In this document: positions 29,195 through 38,271 of the stretch, in pieces
Position numbering within the stretch: position 1 is the first letter of the stretch
Layout: the number at the start of each line of letters is the position of its first letter
Virus record (IMG/VR): IMGVR_UViG_3300030329_001671
Span: 24,487-88,486 of that record
Origin: a virus
Reading direction: 5' to 3' (one strand)
Length of the DNA: 64,000 bases
Program-made: the position numbers and the translations under genes
The notes under the pieces: model-generated
Seen by the model: the letters and a program-made list of their open reading frames with translations, nothing else
Database searches by the model: none
Told to the model about the DNA's origin: nothing

Positions 29195-29346
29195 GTATAA
29201 TAACAATAGACAAGAGAAAGCAGTTGCTTTGGCATCTGCTTTTTTATTTGTTATTTCGCACAATTACGAGGGCATGCGGCGAGACCACCCTCCAAAGCGA
29301 TAGAAAGGTTATGGAAAAAGTTTTTATTCTCTTTGGAGGAATAATA
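29195..29346 (+). promoter_or_regulatory. Putative late promoter and structured leader of the scaffold-capsid operon
   Basis: GTATAATAACAATAGA, hairpin + T-tract 29218-29249, anti-SD CCTCCAAAG 29289-97 pairing with CTTTGGAGG 29331-39. Confidence 0.55.
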
Positions 29347-30174
29347 ATGACGGATCAAAACGATTTGCTAAAGGGTAACACCCTTGCGCTTGAGGCTATT
29401 GCCGAGCAGCTTCAGAAGTCTAACGACTTGTCAGCTAAACTCGCAGCCCGATTCGCAAAAGAAGACGAAGAAGCAGAAGAGAAAGAGCATGCAGAGGCCG
29501 AAGAGCTTGCTAAGGCTGCATTTACTAAAGAAATTGTAAAGGCAGTTGGTAACGCTTTTGGTCTTGCTAAAGGTGACGAGGCTCCTTCAGGAGAATCTCC
29601 TCAAGGTATGCCAGTTGACGACTACAACCCAAAGCCAGTTTCTAGCCCTGCCACTCCGCCAGCTGCGGACACAGAGGAAGACGCTGACCCTGACACTGAC
29701 ACTGAGACTGTTCAGCAGCCTATTGCTGCTGCTGCAGAAATTAAGTTGGCAGATGAGGGCGCAGACGAGTATCCTCAGGTAGAGGATCCCGGCGTTGTAG
29801 AAGATGAAGAAGTTAACATGGCGTACATGAAGTCTCAATTGACTTCAATGGCTAAGGCTATCGCTGACCTTGCTAAGTCTCAGGCTTCTACCGACTCTGC
29901 GGTTGCTTCGGCAGTCGAGAACCAGATGCGGAAGATTGGCTGGAAAGAGGCTGAGGTTGGTGGACGACCACAGAGCCGGATTCTTCCAGATGTAGGCGAC
30001 CCACTTCAGAAAGCAGCAGAAATTGGTGAACAGGTTGCCGACGGTAACTTCGACCCTGAAGCTGTTGTAGACCAACTTACCAAAATGAGTTACGCTGACA
30101 TGGCAGAAATGCAGGTTAGCATGGCTGGACAGGGCGACTCTCTAACGGGTATCCTTTCTCAGCCCTCAAAGTAA
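29347..30174 (+). CDS. Capsid scaffold protein
   Basis: Acidic, helical, directly before the MCP; GGAGG RBS before ATG 29347; about 12 hydrophobic-x-K sites. Confidence 0.8.
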   Translation: MTDQNDLLKGNTLALEAIAEQLQKSNDLSAKLAARFAKEDEEAEEKEHAEAEELAKAAFTKEIVKAVGNAFGLAKGDEAPSGESPQGMPVDDYNPKPVSSPATPPAADTEEDADPDTDTETVQQPIAAAAEIKLADEGADEYPQVEDPGVVEDEEVNMAYMKSQLTSMAKAIADLAKSQASTDSAVASAVENQMRKIGWKEAEVGGRPQSRILPDVGDPLQKAAEIGEQVADGNFDPEAVVDQLTKMSYADMAEMQVSMAGQGDSLTGILSQPSK

Positions 30175-30194
30175 TTACGGAGATAAGATAGATA

Positions 30195-31559
30195 ATGGCT
30201 ACTAATCCATCACTATTTCAGTACTTCAGTCAGGCGCAACGTGGCCGTGGCTTGCTTGAGAACGTCTTCGGACCGGATTTCATGCAGAAGCAGTCTTACT
30301 TTACGGTTGACTCCGCTACTGGAATTTTCAATGCTACATACGGACGCAAAGTGTGGCATGCTCTAAACAACCAGACTCGATTCTGGAATGCCCTTCCCCG
30401 TGTGGTTTGGGGCAATAGCGTTGGTTGGCGTGTACGAACCGACCGTGGTTCTGGGCGATCTCGTCCGATCACGGAAACGGGAACTCTCCCGACCGTTGAC
30501 ATCTCGAATATCGAGAATGTCCAGTCTCTACCGAGAATCGTGGGTACAACCTTCGGTGCAGCTGTGAAGGCAATCTTCACCGCCAACCTTGAGGGTGGTG
30601 CTGGCGACATTCTTGCGATGGAGCATGAGAACGCAGAAATTGACCACGTAAAGGAAATCAACGAAGAACTCCTTGCTGGTTCTGCTTACTTGACTAGCGC
30701 AGGTGCAACTACCACTTTCACGGTTCCAGCTTCCGTAGCTAAGAACTTTAAAGTTGGTGACGCAGTTTCGCAGTACGACAACTCAGCAACCGACTGGGAT
30801 CGCACAAGTGGTTCCGCAGTTTCCGCTGTCAACACCTCAACTGGTGTTGTAACGGTTGCTACTGGCACAACTTTCGCAGACAGCGACGTTGCTGCGATTT
30901 ACAGTCGTGCAGGTATGACCTCAATTGATGATATCGTCTGGGAAGACGGTGCAGCAGTTGGTGGTGCATCCCACGCTAACTACACCGCTAACGGTGGTGT
31001 ACGAGCATACAACCTAACGTATGCTGACCGTACCGCTGGTACGTGGAATGCTGGTGCTTCGGTCCAGTATAACTCTGGTACAGGCCGTGACCTGTCGTTG
31101 AACCTTTTGGACAACGCAATCATGAACATTCGTAAGAATGGTGGTGAGCCTAACCTCATCCTCATGGGTCATGACCAGTACTTCAAACTTGAGCGACTCT
31201 TGAACTCTCAACAGAGGTACTTGGGTCAGGAAGAGTTTGAAGTTGGTGTCGGTGACGAGCGAACATTCCCCGGTACTCGAACAGGACTTGTCCTCTCGAC
31301 CTACCTTGGTATTCCGATTCTTACTGACAACGACGTTCCTGTTTCAGTTTCATCTGCTGATGCAGTTCTTGGTCAGAACGTTTACGTTCTTGACACGGAC
31401 TCCATCGAGATTGCTGTAGCACAGCCTACTCAGTATGTTGAAAACCGTGACTACTTCGCAGCTAACGCTCTTGTAGTTCGTGGTCTTCTCTACACGATGG
31501 CTGAACTTCGAGCTCGCAACATTTGGCACACCGCCAAGATTGCTGACTTGAACACATAG
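30195..31559 (+). CDS. Major capsid protein
   Basis: 454 aa after protease and scaffold; high-expression codon bias; HK97-like GG.PNLIL....Y and YLGIPIL motifs; followed by a terminator. Confidence 0.9.
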   Translation: MATNPSLFQYFSQAQRGRGLLENVFGPDFMQKQSYFTVDSATGIFNATYGRKVWHALNNQTRFWNALPRVVWGNSVGWRVRTDRGSGRSRPITETGTLPTVDISNIENVQSLPRIVGTTFGAAVKAIFTANLEGGAGDILAMEHENAEIDHVKEINEELLAGSAYLTSAGATTTFTVPASVAKNFKVGDAVSQYDNSATDWDRTSGSAVSAVNTSTGVVTVATGTTFADSDVAAIYSRAGMTSIDDIVWEDGAAVGGASHANYTANGGVRAYNLTYADRTAGTWNAGASVQYNSGTGRDLSLNLLDNAIMNIRKNGGEPNLILMGHDQYFKLERLLNSQQRYLGQEEFEVGVGDERTFPGTRTGLVLSTYLGIPILTDNDVPVSVSSADAVLGQNVYVLDTDSIEIAVAQPTQYVENRDYFAANALVVRGLLYTMAELRARNIWHTAKIADLNT

Positions 31560-31575
31560 TCTAAAAGACTTGTTT

Positions 31576-31610
31576 AGGCGACCCCTTCAAATGGAGGGGT
31601 CGCCTTTCTA
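31576..31610 (+). terminator. Rho-independent terminator after MCP
   Basis: AGGCGACCCCTTC-AAAT-GGAGGGGTCGCCT then TTCT. Confidence 0.8.
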
Positions 31611-31639
31611 TTGAATGTAATGTAATGTAATGGTGAATA

Positions 31640-31858
31640 ATGAGAAGTGTGTATGCTGATGGCGTGTTGAAAAGTTTGAATATTCAAACTAATAGAATGG
31701 TTGGGGAAGTGATGAATCTTCTTGAAGCTTCATTACCTGACTCTGGTGCAACGACAGCTTTAAAGAAATCTATAAAGCAAGCCATGTGGCGCACGAATCG
31801 AAATATTCAAGATGATGTGAACGGTCTGTCTTTCACAAATGAGGACAATATAGAATGA
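31640..31858 (+). CDS. Small helical protein, paralog of 24842..25081
   Basis: NRMVGEVMNLLEASLP...LKKSIK. Confidence 0.7.
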   Translation: MRSVYADGVLKSLNIQTNRMVGEVMNLLEASLPDSGATTALKKSIKQAMWRTNRNIQDDVNGLSFTNEDNIE

Positions 31859-32493
31859 CTAAACATACGTTTAAACAATCGGATGTAACAGGGGATACCC
31901 GTGGACTAGCACGATCAGCCCTAGGTTACGACTGGAACTACTTGGCTGACGCTGAGACTCTTCTTTTCGGTAGCACCGATGAGACTGCATTCCGAATGCA
32001 GAATATGTCTCCCGGTACTGGTATTTCTACTGCTACAGGTGGTGTTTATAAGGCTAACGTTACATATGCAGGAGATTTAATCAAGACTGAGATTCTTATA
32101 GATTTGACTGGATTATCTTCCGCTGCTGCCGCTGACATTATTGGTGTCAATGACGCTGCTAACTGTCACATAGGGCAAATTACTGCTGCTCTAAATGGTA
32201 CAATTGTTGCGGGTCACATTGAATGTTTTGAGACTCCTACAACTGGTGAGCCTGACATTGATGTATACTCAGCTACAGAAGCTACTGGTACAGAAAATGC
32301 TGCAATCGGTGATCTAACTGAGACAGCTTTGTTGAACACTGGAGCGGATTGGACGCTGACTAAGCAAAAGATGGCTCTTACAGCGGTTCCTGCTGCTGAC
32401 CAATACTTGTATCTGGTTGCATCTGGTGGTGGTGATGCTGGTGTTTATGACGCTGGTATTTTCCTACTCACGTTGTACGGTTACGCATCCTAA
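31855..32493 (+). CDS. Putative virion structural (head decoration) protein
   Basis: Ala/Thr/Gly-rich beta-type sequence just downstream of the MCP. Confidence 0.6.
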   Translation: MTKHTFKQSDVTGDTRGLARSALGYDWNYLADAETLLFGSTDETAFRMQNMSPGTGISTATGGVYKANVTYAGDLIKTEILIDLTGLSSAAAADIIGVNDAANCHIGQITAALNGTIVAGHIECFETPTTGEPDIDVYSATEATGTENAAIGDLTETALLNTGADWTLTKQKMALTAVPAADQYLYLVASGGGDAGVYDAGIFLLTLYGYAS

Positions 32494-32501
32494 TAAAAAC
32501 G

Positions 32502-32530
32502 GTAGCCACCTCCTTGTTGGAGGTGGCTAC
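32502..32530 (+). terminator. Stem-loop terminator
   Basis: GTAGCCACCTCC-TTGTT-GGAGGTGGCTAC; a second hairpin + T-tract at 32582-32609. Confidence 0.65.
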
Positions 32531-32624
32531 TACAGATAATGAGTTTACAGTTACAGATGAAGAATATGAAATAAATAAAGTAACGCCATAGTTTGATATG
32601 GCGTTTTTTGTTGGGAGAATATAG

Positions 32625-32939
32625 GTGGCAATAGACGCTTTAATATCTTCCGTGTTTTCTACTTATGGTGTATCGGGAGTGTTAACTTTAGTATCAGTTT
32701 ATCTGGTGACTAAATTATATTATTTGGAACGAAGGTACACTAAATTGGAGATGGACTTGAACGACATACAAAAATCAGTCGAACTTCATATGAATGACAC
32801 TAGAGCTCATATGATGGCAAGAGCCAAAGAGGTAGATTCTAACATGAAAGCGTTAGATAATAAATTAGATTCTTTGGTGAATTGGGCAATATCCACACGG
32901 CAAGGGGATGTTGGGTGGCTTCAAAAGAGGGGTAAATAA
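32625..32939 (+). CDS. Membrane protein with coiled coil (holin-like candidate)
   Basis: N-terminal TM helix followed by coiled coil. Confidence 0.5.
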   Translation: MAIDALISSVFSTYGVSGVLTLVSVYLVTKLYYLERRYTKLEMDLNDIQKSVELHMNDTRAHMMARAKEVDSNMKALDNKLDSLVNWAISTRQGDVGWLQKRGK

Positions 32940-33130
32940 TGATTGCCCTAAGAGTTTTAGGACCAAAACGAGCTTGTAAATATTCCTTTGCTGCTACGGT
33001 GTCCTTACTCTTTTTATTATTGGTTAGTTTATCGTCATCAGCAAAAGGCGCAGTTGAGGTCTATTCTGAGGCAATTGATGATATAATAGAAGTAGAGGCA
33101 AAAATGTCTCCCACAAATAGCGAGGATTAG
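32939..33130 (+). CDS. Small membrane protein
   Basis: Hydrophobic helix; coupled start. Confidence 0.55.
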   Translation: MIALRVLGPKRACKYSFAATVSLLFLLLVSLSSSAKGAVEVYSEAIDDIIEVEAKMSPTNSED

Positions 33131-33138
33131 ATAGGAAA

Positions 33139-34116
33139 ATGGGAAATTTTACCACTGAGACACAAATTTTAGATACTTTAGTAAGGTCGCAATCAGATAA
33201 CCTAGTAGATTTCTCTGTAAAGGAAAGTGTTCATGCTTGGAATCGCATAATTCCAGTCAGTGGAACCTTGTCTACTGCCGAAACTCCTCAAGATTTATAT
33301 AACATCGGAGATGAGAACGCAAATCGTCCGGCTGCCGTAAACCTATTTACAAATCCTAGCTTTGAAAACTCCACCACAGGTGTAACCAATGATGGAGCCG
33401 CAGCCACTAGAGTTACTACAACTCCCCGACTAGGGACTTATTCCCTTCAAGTAAATCCGGCTAACTCAGCAGCCCTTGAAGGCTGTTATGCCACCGTAAA
33501 TAATATAGGTGGGTTAGATACTTATTTGATTGCCTCTATATATGTTCGTGATGCCTCCGATGCAGATGCCACAGTAATTTTAAAAATTAAAGACAGCGAT
33601 GGTACTGACTTAGCTACCTCTGGGGCAGTCAACGTAACAGATTCTTATCAACGTCTAGAGGTTAGGTATGCCCTACCTGCTGCCTCTGCGTCGTATCGAA
33701 TTTGGTTTGGAACCTCCTTACAACACAATACAGACACATTTTGGGATAGTTTACAGATAGAGCATCGTCAGGACGGTATGGCTACAGAGTTTATTGACGC
33801 AGTAAACCAAGCAAACTGTTCTTGGCAAGGAACTGCTGACGCATCATACAGTCAGAGAATATCCCCACTTACGGTCATTAAAGGATTCAGACTCAATTTC
33901 TCTCATGATACCTTGATAGCATTTGATACCACAGCCGATGTAAAGGCTGTAGCAGCAGCTAGCAGGGAACGAAGCCATCTAATTGATGTCTCTGTTTCGG
34001 CAATATGGGAACCTAGTTGGCCTTTAGATATAAGACAAAATATTTCATTCACTAATGGAGCAGGTTCCGAAACTCCCACGGTATCCGGGACGCTGTTCGG
34101 AAGAAGTTCCGTCTAG
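33139..34116 (+). CDS. Virion protein with carbohydrate-binding-like insertion
   Basis: NLFTNPSFE...G.YSL...ASIYV...WDSLQIE (CBM4/9-like pattern). Confidence 0.65.
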   Translation: MGNFTTETQILDTLVRSQSDNLVDFSVKESVHAWNRIIPVSGTLSTAETPQDLYNIGDENANRPAAVNLFTNPSFENSTTGVTNDGAAATRVTTTPRLGTYSLQVNPANSAALEGCYATVNNIGGLDTYLIASIYVRDASDADATVILKIKDSDGTDLATSGAVNVTDSYQRLEVRYALPAASASYRIWFGTSLQHNTDTFWDSLQIEHRQDGMATEFIDAVNQANCSWQGTADASYSQRISPLTVIKGFRLNFSHDTLIAFDTTADVKAVAAASRERSHLIDVSVSAIWEPSWPLDIRQNISFTNGAGSETPTVSGTLFGRSSV

Positions 34117-34297
34117 CCGTGAAGTTGTTTAAAAAATTATTAAGTTTTAGACATAAACATACACCTGTTATGCAGTTATCTAACTTTAAGGGAAGAAACC
34201 CTAGAGTACAGGTTATTTGTGATTCTTGTGAACAACCAACAAGTCTTAAAACAACCAAGGAACGGTTTTTTCCTCCAAGCATTTAAAGGATAAGAAT

Positions 34298-34825
34298 ATG
34301 AAATTATTCCAATCCTACAGAGTTGTTCCGTGGGAACCTGAAATAATAGCAGTAGATGATTTAGATGATGCTGTCCAATTGATTCACGCTAACCAAGAAG
34401 TTGATGATGAGTTGTTCTATAATACTAAAGATGCTATTGAGTTAGGTGTGGAGGAGCTATACGATTCCGAAGTTGACCTAGAAATGTCGGAACATATAGT
34501 AGTAACTCAGGATAGTTTACAAGCTGTACACCGATATATCTATCCCCAAACTCGTATCCCGAACCAATTTAGAGGAATTCCGATTATAATAAATAATCAT
34601 CTTACTCCAGAACCAACTATTTTATCTAAACTTCTAACTAGGTTTGAGTCTGAGGCTAGAATAGCGTCTATTAGAGATTTAGAAGATTGGTATTGGGATT
34701 TCGGAACTATCAGTCCTTTCGCAGTCGGCAATAACGTAATCGGTGGTATAATACTATCAGCGGTGTCTTGTTTTTTGCAGGGTAATTATTTAGTTGAAGT
34801 CACAGAAGGAGTTCATTATGACTAG
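34298..34825 (+). CDS. Degenerate Fic/Doc-like protein
   Basis: L..VHR.I....QFRG....I..H.TP and F..ISPFAVGNNVIG in place of HPFxDGNGR. Confidence 0.65.
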   Translation: MKLFQSYRVVPWEPEIIAVDDLDDAVQLIHANQEVDDELFYNTKDAIELGVEELYDSEVDLEMSEHIVVTQDSLQAVHRYIYPQTRIPNQFRGIPIIINNHLTPEPTILSKLLTRFESEARIASIRDLEDWYWDFGTISPFAVGNNVIGGIILSAVSCFLQGNYLVEVTEGVHYD

Positions 34826-35024
34826 TTTAGCTATGGAAGAAGAACAGAGTTGTTCAACGTGTGGAACGGAGTTAGGTAAATATGAGTTAAATATATGCGA
34901 TGTGTGTAAAACTTGTCCATTCTGTAGTAGTTCTTTTACGGTTACCCACTTGAATGGAATTGTAGTTGAGCGTAGGTGTCATAAATGTAATGCTTATACA
35001 GAAACTTATTTGGATCCAATCTAA
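34818..35024 (+). CDS. Small multi-zinc-ribbon protein
   Basis: Four CxxC motifs; AAGGAG RBS. Confidence 0.65.
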   Translation: MTSLAMEEEQSCSTCGTELGKYELNICDVCKTCPFCSSSFTVTHLNGIVVERRCHKCNAYTETYLDPI

Positions 35025-35027
35025 CAA

Positions 35028-35237
35028 ATGCAAAAAATAGAAAACGCTGTTAACGTGTCCGTTTTGGAGGCACGAGAAATCATTAGTCGATTAGAGGAAT
35101 GTGTGGCTGATGTGAAAATGGGAGTTCCGATTACAGAATGCGATCTGGATTTACATTTAGACAGGTTGATGAAGGTAGTAGATAGGGTTTTCAGTAAGGA
35201 TCAACCTCATATTCCAACCCCGGAAGTCCCTTTTTAG
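35028..35237 (+). CDS. Hypothetical protein
   Basis: ORF in a tightly packed + strand run. Confidence 0.55.
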   Translation: MQKIENAVNVSVLEAREIISRLEECVADVKMGVPITECDLDLHLDRLMKVVDRVFSKDQPHIPTPEVPF

Positions 35238-35238
35238 A

Positions 35239-35631
35239 ATGGTTATGGAGATAACAGGACTTATGGAGAGTATAAGTAAGCTTTATGTCGATGTAGATGA
35301 AACGTTGATATTTTGGCCTAATCCGGATAAACCATACGTTGGAGAATACACTGTCAACAAGGATTTGGTGGATGTTTTACATAAAGTATTAGAAAAGAAT
35401 TTATACGATGTGTACATTTGGTCGGGTGGTGGTAAAGTTCATGCAGAGTCGATTAGTAGAAAACTTTTTGGGAACTACGACTTGCCATCTTATGGTAAAT
35501 TTCAAATTTGGTGGACACATATCACGGAAGAAGATTTTGCCATAGATAACAGAAGGCAGGAAGAAAGACGTTACTTAGAAAAATTTAAAAAGGTGTTCTC
35601 GCCTAGCGAATTTATACAGGAGTACAAATGA
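35239..35631 (+). CDS. HAD-superfamily hydrolase-like protein
   Basis: YVDVDETL (DxD), IWSGGG, K, AIDN. Confidence 0.75.
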   Translation: MVMEITGLMESISKLYVDVDETLIFWPNPDKPYVGEYTVNKDLVDVLHKVLEKNLYDVYIWSGGGKVHAESISRKLFGNYDLPSYGKFQIWWTHITEEDFAIDNRRQEERRYLEKFKKVFSPSEFIQEYK

Positions 35632-35963
35632 TTTCGGTATCAAATGAAACATTCGACAAACTTGTTTTGGAAGCCAGTGAAAAACGACCAATTGTGTTAG
35701 ATATGTGGGCAGAATGGTGCGGCCCGTGTAAAGTATTTTCCCCAACGTATGAAAAAGTCTCTGAAGACTATTCCGATTCTATGGATTTTTATAAGTTGAA
35801 TATAGATGAAAATCCAGAGTTAGCAGATAAATACGGTATAAAGAGCATACCCACAGTACTGGTGTTTAATAACTCCGAACCAATAGATCAAGTTGTGGGG
35901 ATTATTCCAGAAGATAAATTGCGCTATGAATTAGAGTATGTTTTGTCTATTACGCAAAATTAA
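35628..35963 (+). CDS. trxA: Thioredoxin
   Basis: WAEWCGPCK, SIPT. Confidence 0.95.
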   Translation: MISVSNETFDKLVLEASEKRPIVLDMWAEWCGPCKVFSPTYEKVSEDYSDSMDFYKLNIDENPELADKYGIKSIPTVLVFNNSEPIDQVVGIIPEDKLRYELEYVLSITQN

Positions 35964-36021
35964 CCGTATAATAAAGTAGGGAGTTTTATAACTTCCTTTA
36001 TATAGTAAACAAGGGGTATTA

Positions 36022-37146
36022 ATGAAACTACGTAACTTTTTAGGGGCTGTGAAAGACTTGATTCTGATGCCCTTTAAGAAAACTCCTGTTAGAAAATTAG
36101 GAACACTTCTACTTTGGACACCAAAAAAGATTGGATGGGTTCTTAGGAAAATACTCCATGGTATTGTAATAGGTCCTAGTTACGTATTTAGAGCGATTAT
36201 AAAATCCCCTAAGAAAGCGTTTAGAAAAGCTATGATTATTAGAGATTGGATGTTGGAAAAGATAGATTACCTAGAAGCGGAGTCGGCCAAGTGGAAGCGT
36301 ACATTCCAGATTATAAAGTCTCCATACAGTTTACTACTAAAGATGGGATTCTCACCCCAGTATGCGATTGGTTTAATAGCTGTAGGTACGACTGCTACTA
36401 CTGGTGTTGTGGCAAACGAAGCTATGAAGCCACCGTCTTTCGCAGCAGGAGACCCCGGCATTTATAATGCACCGACAGACTCACCTATATTTAGTGCTAA
36501 AGAATTTAATACGTTGCGCCTAGATTTGGGTACAACTCCTATTGGGTTAGTTGAAATCTCAGATATTACTGTAGGTACGGCATATAGTAACTCTGCTTTG
36601 CCTCAAGGTGAAACAAAGCCTGTAATCGTTGGTGGTTTGCCGGCGGTTTCCGATCCTGCCTTTGCGGAAACGTTCCTTGAGGTTGGACACATGACTGTGG
36701 AGAAGTGGAGGTGTGACCAACTGTTGCTAACTAATATTGAGGCTCATGATCTCATAGTCAGGGATAATGCTTCAGATGGGCAATCAATCTCTGCAACTGC
36801 GGGTACTCCAAGAGACCGGGGTATTTCTGGTGGTAACAGAGCAGCGGATATGTACACAAGCGGTGGCTACTATGACCAAGTGAAAATCACAGCAGCAACC
36901 ACAAACGTAAACGGAAAGATCGACAGACTAGTTCTAAACAACCTCTACACGAAAGGTGGGGCTTGTGTTCTCGACAGAATCAAGGCGGGTACACTGGAAA
37001 TAATTTTGAATGAGGTTGGACTTGGTAATGGTTTTGCGACTAAGGAATTCCAAATAGCTACTAGCGTTGTATACAAAAACTTCACAAACGAAGACAACGT
37101 AGAAGTTTCTATTGCATCCGCTCCTGCCGCAGCGGGACCAAGCTAG
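36022..37146 (+). CDS. Membrane-anchored protein with beta-rich C-terminal domain
   Basis: Basic amphipathic N-terminus, TM segment near aa 110-130; preceded by GTATAATA at 35966. Confidence 0.65.
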   Translation: MKLRNFLGAVKDLILMPFKKTPVRKLGTLLLWTPKKIGWVLRKILHGIVIGPSYVFRAIIKSPKKAFRKAMIIRDWMLEKIDYLEAESAKWKRTFQIIKSPYSLLLKMGFSPQYAIGLIAVGTTATTGVVANEAMKPPSFAAGDPGIYNAPTDSPIFSAKEFNTLRLDLGTTPIGLVEISDITVGTAYSNSALPQGETKPVIVGGLPAVSDPAFAETFLEVGHMTVEKWRCDQLLLTNIEAHDLIVRDNASDGQSISATAGTPRDRGISGGNRAADMYTSGGYYDQVKITAATTNVNGKIDRLVLNNLYTKGGACVLDRIKAGTLEIILNEVGLGNGFATKEFQIATSVVYKNFTNEDNVEVSIASAPAAAGPS

Positions 37147-37367
37147 TGGGCGATTTCCGTATAATATCTGAAGACGTAATTGTTGCCTCAAACAAAGCTT
37201 CGTATGACTTTTTAAAGTCTAACTATCCTAGTCTAAGCACGACTGAATCTGTAGTTAAATCCCAAGTTAATGAACTTCTAGAGGGGTATGTTATCCCGCC
37301 CGAAGATAAAGAAAGTATGGTATCATCTATACAACGTAATGGAATGAGTATCCGATATACAGCGTAA
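37146..37367 (+). CDS. Hypothetical protein
   Basis: Coupled ORF. Confidence 0.55.
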   Translation: MGDFRIISEDVIVASNKASYDFLKSNYPSLSTTESVVKSQVNELLEGYVIPPEDKESMVSSIQRNGMSIRYTA

Positions 37368-37377
37368 GGAGATAGGT

Positions 37378-37668
37378 ATGGATTGTTATATGTGGGTGGA
37401 AGCATCAACTGGAGATAGTCTGATGATTCCCTACAATGATGCGTCTGAGACATTTTTAAATGCTCAGTTTTCAAGTTTGGTGGAGAAACCAAATAACTCT
37501 TTTGTCAAAACTCATAAGGCGTATGTACTTCCGTCATCAGGTTCGGATTTAACTAAATTTAATAGCCTTTTAGATGCTAATTGTAGCCACACTGTTATTA
37601 CTCACGACACTTGTGACGAAGATCCCGACTGTGATTCCAAGATACGACTTATACCTCAGGCATCTTAA
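37378..37668 (+). CDS. Hypothetical protein
   Basis: AAGGAG RBS. Confidence 0.6.
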   Translation: MDCYMWVEASTGDSLMIPYNDASETFLNAQFSSLVEKPNNSFVKTHKAYVLPSSGSDLTKFNSLLDANCSHTVITHDTCDEDPDCDSKIRLIPQAS

Positions 37669-37941
37669 GTATGAAATTATCTCAAGACGTATTTGTAGTA
37701 GGTAGTAACTCAAAGTTCCCTCAGTGTTCAGTAAAGAAGTGTTTTTATACTGTTGCGAAAGACGGGTTATGTAAGAAGCATTTAGAAAGGATAGATAGGT
37801 GACATCAGACTCCTATTGGAACGACCATTTTGATGAGTGTCCCGCCGGGGCAGAAGAAAAAGATTGGGTAGAGAATCCAGTCTGTAGATGTGATTCTATA
37901 ATGAAGACTCTAGAAGCTTTAGATACAGTAGAGGAGTATTA

Positions 37942-38271
37942 ATGACTAGGAATACACATACAATAATTCGTAATATCGGCGGGAAGTATGTAAGAAAGAT
38001 AGTACCGGCTGACCCGGAATCTATCCCAATATCCCATCACATTAACCTAGCTAAAGAGATGCTTGCTGAAAACATAGCTACAGTACCACCCCACGGTTGC
38101 AAGAGAGAAAGAGTATTAGATGTACTCAATAAAGTAGACTTATCGAATGTAGGTAGATTAGACCCATTTGTAGAAGCCTTACAGGCCATAGTGGTACTTA
38201 GTAATGATGATGAAGTAGTAATATTAGCAGACAGAGCTCTAGAGGTGTATTATGACCAGTATAAGTCTTAA
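37942..38271 (+). CDS. Hypothetical protein
   Basis: GAGGAG RBS. Confidence 0.65.
   Translation: MTRNTHTIIRNIGGKYVRKIVPADPESIPISHHINLAKEMLAENIATVPPHGCKRERVLDVLNKVDLSNVGRLDPFVEALQAIVVLSNDDEVVILADRALEVYYDQYKS

Noticed and set aside
31614-31632. (AATGT)n microsatellite as a phase-variation site
   Set aside because: Only about 3.5 units, intergenic; no evidence of function.
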